Origin: an uncultured Candidatus Saccharibacteria bacterium
Lineage (GTDB): Bacteria; Patescibacteriota; Doudnabacteria; UBA920
DNA length: 64,000 bases
Reading direction: 5' to 3'
Assembly (NCBI GenBank): GCA_964505635.1
Contig: CAZDIP010000004.1
Span: 7,198-71,197 of the forward strand
Shown: positions 56,596 through 64,000 of the stretch, piece by piece
Position numbering within the stretch: position 1 is the first letter of the stretch
How the letters are laid out: each line of letters opens with the position of its first letter
The notes under the pieces: generated by a model
What the model saw: the letters and a program-made list of their open reading frames with translations, nothing else
Databases searched by the model: none
What the model was told of the DNA's origin: nothing
Position numbers and translations under genes: made by a program

Positions 56596-59145
56596 ATGTC
56601 GTTTGAGTTAAGCGCAATCAATATTGCCCTTTTGCTGCTGCCGGTTTTAGTAGCAGTGTTTTTGGGTTTAGGATTTTATTTTTTTAAACGCCATGTTTAT
56701 CATAAAAAACATATTATTCCAAGGACTTTGGATTGGGTATTTTTGGAAGTGCAGATGCCTAAGGACAATATTGACGAAAAAGACAAGCCAAAAAATGAAG
56801 ATGAAAAAAAACGTTTAATTGCCGTTGCTGAACAGCTTTTTACCACGCTTTCGGAAAGCACTCATAAAAAGGGCTGGCTTTTGGGTAAAGATTACTATAG
56901 TTTTGAAATTGCCTGTACGGATAAAAAAATATCTTTTTATATAAATTGTCCTAAACATTTGCAGGAGCTGGTGGAAAAACAGGTTTTGGCCCAGTACCCG
57001 CACGCGTTTATAGAACAGGTAAAAGGCTATAATCCGTTTATAAAGGGAGGAACCTTGGAAGTAGAGGAGCTTGAGTTATCTAAACAATATATTTACCCTT
57101 TTAGAACCTATAAAACAACCGAGTCAGATCCTCTTAATGCCATAACCAATGCTATGAGCAAGCTTTCGGAGAACGAGGGCGCGGCCGTGCAGTTTATATT
57201 GAGCCCGGCAGGCACAGCCTGGCAAGGCAGACCGAGGCGCATGGCTTTGGAAATCCAGCAGGGTAAGAATCCCGAACTGGTGGAAAAAAGCCATTTTTCC
57301 AGAATGTTAATCGGTCTTTTGCGCGCGGTTGGCGGAGGGCTTTGGGGGGTGGGCAAGGGAAAAAATTATCAATCTTCCCACGCTCACAAAGACTTAATGG
57401 GCTATTATGCCCCCATACAGCTTACGCCCATGCAGCAGGAAATAGTAAAGAAGTTGGAAGAAAAAGCCAGTAGGCCGGGGTATAAAACCAATATCAGAAT
57501 TGTAACTTCTTCGGCTGTGCCTGGCGCGGCGCAAGTGCACATGAGGAATTTGCTTGCTAGTTTTTTGCAGTTTAATATGCCCCCCTTTAACGGCATTAAA
57601 ATAAAAAAACGTGATAAGAATGACATTTTAAAAGATTATATTTTTAGAGTTTTTCGGGCGAACAATAAGCGCGGTATTTTAAATACCGAGGAATTGGCCA
57701 GTTTGTGGCATCTGCCGACTTTGTATTTGGAAACGCCGAATATTAAGTGGCTGCAAAGCAAAAAAGCCCCGCCGCCCATTAATTTACCGGATTCAGGCAT
57801 TTTGCTTGGCAGGAATATTTACAGAGGCCTAGAGACGCCTATTTTTATGGCGCGCGAAGATAGACGCAGGCATACGTATATTTTAGGCCGCACCGGAGGT
57901 GGTAAATCAGTGCTTTTGGCCAATATGGCTCTGCAGGATATAAAAAACGGTGAAGGTGTTTGCGTAGTGGATCCGCACGGGGATTTAGTTCAGGATATTT
58001 TGGAGCGAGCGCCCAAGGAACGCGCCGAAGATATTATTGTGTTTGAGCCTTTTGACATGGACAGGCCTATTGGTCTGAACATGTTGGAAGTTGACAGTGA
58101 GGAACAGAAAGATTTTGCGGTGCAGGAAATGATCTCTATTTTTTACAAATTGGTTACCGATCCTGCCATGTTAGGGCCGATGTTTGAACATAATATGCGC
58201 AACGCCATGTTGACTTTAATGGCTGATGAGGAGCACCCGGGCACTATTACAGATATTCCCAGAATTTTTACAGATACAGAATTTCAGCGTTATAAAGTAG
58301 AAAAATTAAAAGATCCGGTGGTGAGGTTATTTTGGGAAAAAGAGATGGCCAAAACTTCCGATTTCCACAAGTCGGAAATGCTCGGTTATTTAATTTCCAA
58401 AGTTGGCCGGTTTGTGGAAAATGCCATGATGAGAAATATTGTCGGGCAATCCAAATCCGGGTTTAACTTCAGGAAAGTTATGGATGAAGGCAAGGTTTTA
58501 CTGGTTAATCTGTCTAAAGGCCGAACCGGGGAAATAAACGCTAAACTGCTTGGTTTAATTTTTGTCAGTAAAATTCAAATGGCAGCCATGTCAAGGGCGG
58601 ATGTTCCGGAGGATAAACGGAAGGATTTTTATTTGTATGTAGATGAGTTTCAAAATTTTATTACCGACGCTTTTTCTTCTATTTTGTCTGAAGCCAGAAA
58701 GTATCGCCTAAATTTAATAATCGCGCATCAGTATTTAGGCCAGTTAGAGCAGCAGGCAGGGGCGCAGGGAGCGGCTAGTAAAGATTTGCGGGACGCTGTG
58801 TTCGGCAACGCCGGGACGTTAATTACCTTTAGAACCGGGGCAGAAGACGCGGAATTTTTAGCCAAAGAGTTTTCGCCCACTTTTAACCAATTTGACCTAG
58901 TCAATATTGACCGTTTTAATACCTACTTAAAACTCATGGTCAACGGCACGGCTTCCAAGCCTTTTAATATGGCCACCAATCCTTTACCTAAAGACGTAAA
59001 TGTGGAAATGGCTGTGGCTGTTCGCAATCTTTCCAGGCTTAAATATGGCAGGTCAAGGACAGAAGTGGAGTCAGAACTTTTGGAAGCCAGCAAGGTGGCG
59101 GAAAGCATGTCCGAAGCTTTGCCTGAAATTGAACGTGGTTTGTAA
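56596..59145 (+). CDS. Membrane-anchored VirD4/TraD/HerA-like ATPase
   Basis: N-terminal TM, H.YILGRTGGGKS, VDPHGDL, LYVDEFQNF, SEARKY. Confidence 0.85.
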   Translation: MSFELSAINIALLLLPVLVAVFLGLGFYFFKRHVYHKKHIIPRTLDWVFLEVQMPKDNIDEKDKPKNEDEKKRLIAVAEQLFTTLSESTHKKGWLLGKDYYSFEIACTDKKISFYINCPKHLQELVEKQVLAQYPHAFIEQVKGYNPFIKGGTLEVEELELSKQYIYPFRTYKTTESDPLNAITNAMSKLSENEGAAVQFILSPAGTAWQGRPRRMALEIQQGKNPELVEKSHFSRMLIGLLRAVGGGLWGVGKGKNYQSSHAHKDLMGYYAPIQLTPMQQEIVKKLEEKASRPGYKTNIRIVTSSAVPGAAQVHMRNLLASFLQFNMPPFNGIKIKKRDKNDILKDYIFRVFRANNKRGILNTEELASLWHLPTLYLETPNIKWLQSKKAPPPINLPDSGILLGRNIYRGLETPIFMAREDRRRHTYILGRTGGGKSVLLANMALQDIKNGEGVCVVDPHGDLVQDILERAPKERAEDIIVFEPFDMDRPIGLNMLEVDSEEQKDFAVQEMISIFYKLVTDPAMLGPMFEHNMRNAMLTLMADEEHPGTITDIPRIFTDTEFQRYKVEKLKDPVVRLFWEKEMAKTSDFHKSEMLGYLISKVGRFVENAMMRNIVGQSKSGFNFRKVMDEGKVLLVNLSKGRTGEINAKLLGLIFVSKIQMAAMSRADVPEDKRKDFYLYVDEFQNFITDAFSSILSEARKYRLNLIIAHQYLGQLEQQAGAQGAASKDLRDAVFGNAGTLITFRTGAEDAEFLAKEFSPTFNQFDLVNIDRFNTYLKLMVNGTASKPFNMATNPLPKDVNVEMAVAVRNLSRLKYGRSRTEVESELLEASKVAESMSEALPEIERGL

Positions 59146-59204
59146 CTAAAATTTGAAATAAAAAAGCTTTTTTGTTAGTATTAAAGCATAATTAAAGATA
59201 TTTT

Positions 59205-59414
59205 ATGGCACACGGTGGGCATGGAGGAGAATCGCATAGTAAGTCTGGCGGTGGGGGCGGCTTTTTTCGTAGTATGGTTGAGGGTTTTGTGGATCCGGTT
59301 TCAGAGGCTATAGGCGGTAACGCCCAAAAAATAGTAAATAAGGAAATAAAAGGTTTAATTTCAACCGGCAAGGGTGGGGGTGGCAAGGGTGGGGGTGGTC
59401 ACGGACATCACTAG
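59205..59414 (+). CDS. Small Gly/His-rich protein
   Basis: MAHGGHGG...GGGHGHH termini around an amphipathic core. Confidence 0.55.
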   Translation: MAHGGHGGESHSKSGGGGGFFRSMVEGFVDPVSEAIGGNAQKIVNKEIKGLISTGKGGGGKGGGGHGHH

Positions 59415-59524
59415 TTTAAAAATTCTTGCAAATTTTCTAGTTTAGTGGTATATTTTATTTACACTTAAAGTAAGGTTTAAGAAATAAAAATAAAAAACAA
59501 ATATAAACTTTAGAAAATAAAAAT

Positions 59525-60154
59525 ATGGATAACGATAAACTTTCTCATTTGGCCATGGTTATGCAGATGCTGGATTCTGCTGAGAAAAATACTCAATCTG
59601 CCAAACAGCTTTTAAAAGATATTATAGGGGGTAAGGAAATTAAAACAGCTTATTCCGCGGTTTCCGCGCTTTCTGAAAAGGCGTCGACTTTTTCCGTTTC
59701 TGAAGGCGGAAAGGTGATTGAAGGCGTTTTTGACGGGCAAAATATGATAGGCCCGGACAAAAAGCAGTATCCGGTGCCGGCTAATTACGCTTCCAAGTCC
59801 AAATTGGTGGAAGGCGATGTGTTAAAATTAACTATTGCCGAAGACGGGTCTTTTATATATAAACAAATTGGCCCGGTTAACCGTAAAAAAATGCTCGGCA
59901 TTTTGGTAGTTGACGACAAGGGTGATTTTAGAGTCATGGCTGAAGGGAAACCTTACAAAGTTTTATTGGCCAGCTTAACTTATTTTAAATCTGAACCCGG
60001 AGACGAGGTTACTATTGTGGTGCCTGAAGATCAGGAAACTGACTGGGCGGCAGTGGAAAATGTTATAAAAAAGGGCACTTCCAGCGCTCATACCGATTTG
60101 GAAATGGGCGATTCAAAAAATAAAGTTTTGCTGGACGAAGACGAAGAATTATAA
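59525..60154 (+). CDS. Conserved hypothetical protein
   Basis: VIEGVFDGQ.M..Y.VPANYASKSKLVEGD.LKL motif, recalled from CPR genomes (unverified). Confidence 0.75.
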   Translation: MDNDKLSHLAMVMQMLDSAEKNTQSAKQLLKDIIGGKEIKTAYSAVSALSEKASTFSVSEGGKVIEGVFDGQNMIGPDKKQYPVPANYASKSKLVEGDVLKLTIAEDGSFIYKQIGPVNRKKMLGILVVDDKGDFRVMAEGKPYKVLLASLTYFKSEPGDEVTIVVPEDQETDWAAVENVIKKGTSSAHTDLEMGDSKNKVLLDEDEEL

Positions 60155-60156
60155 AA

Positions 60157-60861
60157 ATGGAGCAAACACAAAATTTACCCGCATTGGGTTTGAATCAAAA
60201 AGTAACCGGTTACCTGGAGAAATATCCGGTCATTTTGCAATTATGCCGATTCGGCGCAATTGGCATTTTAAACACGGCTCTTGATTTTTTGATTTTAAAT
60301 TTTGTCTCAGAAACTCTTAACATTACTAAGGGTTTAAGCTTAGGAGGGGTTAATATAATTGGTTTTTCGGCAGCAGTGGTACAGAGTTATTTTTGGAATC
60401 GCTATTGGGCATTTGGAGATCAGGAAAAGAGTTTGTTGAAAAATTTTATCAGGTTGGTTATGGTGGGCCTTTTGGGCGCGTTTGGCATGGCAGCGGTTTT
60501 TCTTGGGGCTGCGGCCGGAGCCTTTAGTTTTTATTATTTGATAGTTTTAGTCGTTTACGTGGCAGCCCAAATTGCGCTTTGGAAAAGTTTTGGTTTAAGC
60601 GAGGCAAATTCAGATATTCCAAGCTTGCATACACCAACAGTTTCCGAAGAGCAGGGTAAAAAGAGCTTGCAATTTTGGAGTTTTTTAATTGTCAGCTTTG
60701 TCGGACTTTTGATTAACAGCGGTTTGGTTGGTTTGCTTTCTGAAAGATTAATGTTCGTTGATAGCGCCGCTTTAAATAAAAATGTTGCCAAAATTATAGC
60801 CACTTTAGCTTCTTTAATTTGGAACTTTGTGGGGTATAAGCTGGTTGTATTTAAGAAATAG
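60157..60861 (+). CDS. GtrA family membrane protein
   Basis: RF..IG..NT..DF, SYFWNR.W.F, AK..A....WNF..YK..VF. Confidence 0.85.
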   Translation: MEQTQNLPALGLNQKVTGYLEKYPVILQLCRFGAIGILNTALDFLILNFVSETLNITKGLSLGGVNIIGFSAAVVQSYFWNRYWAFGDQEKSLLKNFIRLVMVGLLGAFGMAAVFLGAAAGAFSFYYLIVLVVYVAAQIALWKSFGLSEANSDIPSLHTPTVSEEQGKKSLQFWSFLIVSFVGLLINSGLVGLLSERLMFVDSAALNKNVAKIIATLASLIWNFVGYKLVVFKK

Positions 60862-60877
60862 ATAAAATATCAGAATA

Positions 60878-60906
60878 AAAAAAACGTCTTGCAAGACGTT
60901 TTTTTT
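60878..60906. terminator. Intrinsic terminator
   Basis: aaaaaaacgtctt-gc-aagacgtttttttt. Confidence 0.75.
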
Positions 60907-60970
60907 ATTAACCCCGTGTGGTATAATTATTTGGCTTAAGAACAAGTTAATTTAAGCATCTTTTAACTTT

Positions 60971-62578
60971 ATGGCTGTTTTATATAGAAAATACAGATCC
61001 CAGACTTTTGCCGAGGTGGTTGGTCAGGGGCATATAATTACCACCCTAAAAAACCAGGTTGTTTTGGGGCAAGTGGCTCATGCCTATTTGTTTACAGGCA
61101 GTCGGGGAGTTGGGAAGACTTCTGTTGCAAGAATTTTAGCCAAAGCCGTTAATTGTGAAAAATCCGAAATCCGACCTGTCCCCCGAAGCCTTGGCGAAGG
61201 AGAAAATCCGAAATCCGAAATAATGGCAGGCGATGCATGCGGGCAATGCGGCGTATGCAAGGCGGTAGAAAACGGAAATTTTATTGATTTGTTGGAAATT
61301 GATGCTGCTTCCAACACCGGGGTGGACAATGTTAGAGACATAATAGAACATGTCAAGTTTTCCCCGTCTATTGGCAAATACAAAGTTTTTATTATAGATG
61401 AAGTGCATATGCTCTCTAAGGGCGCTTTTAATGCCTTATTAAAAACTTTGGAAGAACCGCCTAAGCACGCAATTTTTATTCTAGCAACCACCGAAATTGG
61501 CAAAGTGCCGGTTACCATAGTTTCTAGGACTCAGCGTTTTGACTTTAAGCGATTGTCTGAGCAGGAAATTTTTGTTCAGCTCAATAATGTCTTAAAGCAA
61601 GAAAATAAAATGTTAGACGAAAACGTGATAAATTTGTTGAGCCGGCATGCCGAAGGTAGTTTGCGGGACGGACTGTCTTTACTTTCAAAACTTTTGTCTT
61701 TAGGCGACAATATGAGTTTGGAAAGTGCTAGCGAGCTTTTGGGTATAACAGATGTTTCGTTGTGCGAGGAATTGGTTAAGCTGGTATCTTTAGGTAGTGC
61801 GGATCAGCTACCGGATTTTTTTGAAGCGCTTTCAGAGAAGGGTATTGATTTTTCGGCTTTTAACAAGGATTTATTGGAATATTTTAGGCAAGTGCTTATT
61901 TATAAAGTTACGGGTCAAAAGGAAAATTTTACCCTGGGCGAAGAATACTTAAACGGATTTTTGGAGAATGCCAACGCTTTTTTGTCACCTTTGGATGTAA
62001 TTTATTCTATTAGACTTTTTTTAAAGTCATTTAAAGATTTGAGTTTTAGTCCCAGTCCGCAAATTCCTTTGCTACTATGTTCTATGGAAGCGGCATTTAG
62101 GCAGAAGAGCCTGTTAAAAAGACCAATAGACTTAAACGACAAGAATAATAAAAAGAATGACCAGCAGTTGGACCCCGCGGCTTTAGAAGAAAAAAAAACA
62201 GTTGAGGTATTACCTGAAAAACAAGTAAATCCCTCGCATTCGGAAATTTTATTGGAACAGTCTGAGCTGGAAAAGAATTGGCCAAAAATCATCGCCCATG
62301 TAAAAAACATTAATTCACCTTTGGCAAATACTTTGCGGGGCTGTAAGCTCTTAGGAGTTTCCAGTGGTAGGTTTATTTTGGGCGCTAAGTTTTTGTTCCA
62401 TAAACAAAGTTTGGAAAATCAAAAGAATCAGGCGTTAATTTTGCAAAGTGTCGAGTCAGTTTTAAACAAGCGCGCAGGTTTTGTGGTTGAGGTTTTGAAA
62501 GATGAAACCGATGAAACCGCCGAGAATTTAAGCCTTTCCGATGCCTTGAAAATATTTGGCGGAGAATTGGTAGAATAA
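60971..62578 (+). CDS. dnaX: DNA polymerase III subunit gamma/tau
   Basis: LYRKYR, GSRGVGKTS, EIDAASN, IIDEVHML, LLKTLEEPP. Confidence 0.96.
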   Translation: MAVLYRKYRSQTFAEVVGQGHIITTLKNQVVLGQVAHAYLFTGSRGVGKTSVARILAKAVNCEKSEIRPVPRSLGEGENPKSEIMAGDACGQCGVCKAVENGNFIDLLEIDAASNTGVDNVRDIIEHVKFSPSIGKYKVFIIDEVHMLSKGAFNALLKTLEEPPKHAIFILATTEIGKVPVTIVSRTQRFDFKRLSEQEIFVQLNNVLKQENKMLDENVINLLSRHAEGSLRDGLSLLSKLLSLGDNMSLESASELLGITDVSLCEELVKLVSLGSADQLPDFFEALSEKGIDFSAFNKDLLEYFRQVLIYKVTGQKENFTLGEEYLNGFLENANAFLSPLDVIYSIRLFLKSFKDLSFSPSPQIPLLLCSMEAAFRQKSLLKRPIDLNDKNNKKNDQQLDPAALEEKKTVEVLPEKQVNPSHSEILLEQSELEKNWPKIIAHVKNINSPLANTLRGCKLLGVSSGRFILGAKFLFHKQSLENQKNQALILQSVESVLNKRAGFVVEVLKDETDETAENLSLSDALKIFGGELVE

Positions 62579-62678
62579 AATAAATGATAAAATTGACAAG
62601 AATAACAAGAATGAAATACACTTAAACTGAAGTTTATCGGAAGTTTAGCCAGGTCGGCTCAATTTTTATTTTTAATCC

Positions 62679-64000
62679 GTGCTTGAAACGAAAGAACAAA
62701 AAAAAATTTTAGTTATTGCTTTAACGGCCCTGCTAATTTTGGTATTGATAAATGTTTTAAGCCCGGGCGGTTTTTCTTTTAAGATAAAACAAGAGCGAGA
62801 TGTCAATGAGCAGGCTTTGCAGGCCGAGCAGTATTTAAAGTATTTAAATTCTTTGCAAATAGATCGTAATGCTAGCGAACTGGTTTTTAAAGAAATATTA
62901 AGTGAGGAAGATATCCGCAACGAGGTGGAAAATCAATTAAAAATCAACCGGGAAATAGACACAAATAATTTTGAAGAAATTATTTTGAAGATTGACGCTA
63001 TGGGCAATAAAGAGGCGGCAGAAGCTTATGCAACGCAAGTCGGGGATTTGATATTGAATTTTAAAACCAGGTCAGCAGGTTTGGCTGGCGGACTGTTTTC
63101 CGGAGATTTGCAAAAAGTTGAACAGCTGGAAAAATACAGAAAAATTTTTGAGGTCAGGCTTAAAGAAATAACAGTTCCGAAACGGGCGCAAAAAGCCCAC
63201 CAAGAGCTTTTGCAAGCAGTGATTGCTTACGGCGAAACTTTAAATACCGCCATGCTTTATGCGCGAGGAGAAACAGCCGACATATGGCCGCAGGTCTATG
63301 AAAGTTATTATGTTATCAATAGCAAGCTGGCAGGTTTTACAGCTGAATTTACTAAATTTGTTGAAAGTTATAATATAGCATTTCTAGCTATACCGGCTTA
63401 CTCCGAAGGTTTGGGGAAAAAGAGCAAACAAAACACTTTTAGTTTAATACCGAAGGCTCAGGCAGTTTTGGGGATTGGCGATGTGGTAATTATTGCGGGA
63501 AATATTCCCCAAATTGTGCGTGAGGCCGTGGAAGAGGGTTTAACCGCGGCGTTTACCCAATTTATGGGCGAGTTTTTAAATAAAATGTTAGCCAAAATAG
63601 AAGAAAATTATAAAATTTCAAACTTTTTGTATTATACCGATGCCCTTATAGCCGGCCAGTACACAGATGATTATTTGAAAAAATATGTTAACGACGCTTT
63701 GGATAAAAAAATTATCAAGCGCTTTATACCCCAGCTTTCCTGCGGCGCAAGCAACGCCGAATTAACTCCCGTGTTTGAAGCGAAGGCGGCTCAGTTTTTG
63801 GGTTTTAATCCTCAGAGTTTGAGCGTTAATGACCCCGAATATTATTCAAAATTAAATAGGGTGGGAAATTTTTTGTCCAGCGAAAGCGGGTGGAGGTTAT
63901 ATTACGAAGACATGGCCAGACAGGTTCAGAGTGAAGCTGAAAAAGCGGCGGAAAGGGAATTAATCAGCCCCGGACTTAAAACCCCCAGGGATTCTATAGA
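62679..64000 (+). CDS. Large membrane-anchored hypothetical protein, 3'-truncated (not in ORF track)
   Basis: Open frame from GTG 62679 towards the window end; N-terminal TM (ILVIALTALLILVLINVL). Confidence 0.75.
   Translation, partial: MLETKEQKKILVIALTALLILVLINVLSPGGFSFKIKQERDVNEQALQAEQYLKYLNSLQIDRNASELVFKEILSEEDIRNEVENQLKINREIDTNNFEEIILKIDAMGNKEAAEAYATQVGDLILNFKTRSAGLAGGLFSGDLQKVEQLEKYRKIFEVRLKEITVPKRAQKAHQELLQAVIAYGETLNTAMLYARGETADIWPQVYESYYVINSKLAGFTAEFTKFVESYNIAFLAIPAYSEGLGKKSKQNTFSLIPKAQAVLGIGDVVIIAGNIPQIVREAVEEGLTAAFTQFMGEFLNKMLAKIEENYKISNFLYYTDALIAGQYTDDYLKKYVNDALDKKIIKRFIPQLSCGASNAELTPVFEAKAAQFLGFNPQSLSVNDPEYYSKLNRVGNFLSSESGWRLYYEDMARQVQSEAEKAAERELISPGLKTPRDSI

Noticed and set aside
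142-62920. The many 60-180-aa minus-strand ORFs overlapping housekeeping genes
   Set aside because: Antisense shadows of well-supported plus-strand genes, with no independent motifs
1-64000. UGA recoding (code 25, as in Gracilibacteria/Absconditabacteria)
   Set aside because: Conserved genes are full length under code 11 and several end at TGA in the expected place (8011, 14928, 30047)

Overview
Core-genome window of a Patescibacteria (CPR) bacterium, by inference from AT-rich, mostly SD-less starts, absence of rpmD/uL30 between rpsE and rplO, a dimeric-type GlyRS and CPR-type conserved hypotheticals. It carries pnp, tgt, glyQS, nfo, metG, tatD, leuS, tsaC, glyA, uppP, parB, maf, rpmB, the str/S10/spc ribosomal clusters through secY, dcd, a VirD4/HerA-like ATPase and dnaX, plus tRNA-Leu(CAA) and tRNA-Pro(GGG). 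The most unusual signal is at the tRNA loci. Both intact tRNA genes sit as cargo inside small inverted-repeat elements (ends typically CCC...GGGTAAA), and those elements interrupt decayed older copies of the same tRNA type, giving a three-layer nest at tRNA-Pro. Related palindromes and 7-9-nt periodic repeats are inserted in frame in at least 7 housekeeping genes and fill many ribosomal-operon spacers. Other points of note: a complete alpha/beta-hydrolase domain inside LeuRS, a GC-rich AT-hook mini-gene that looks foreign, a FliA-like sigma factor between duplicated terminators, and several small self-contained ORF cassettes. No transposase, CRISPR array or rRNA was seen. All assignments come from reading motifs by eye; no searches were run.
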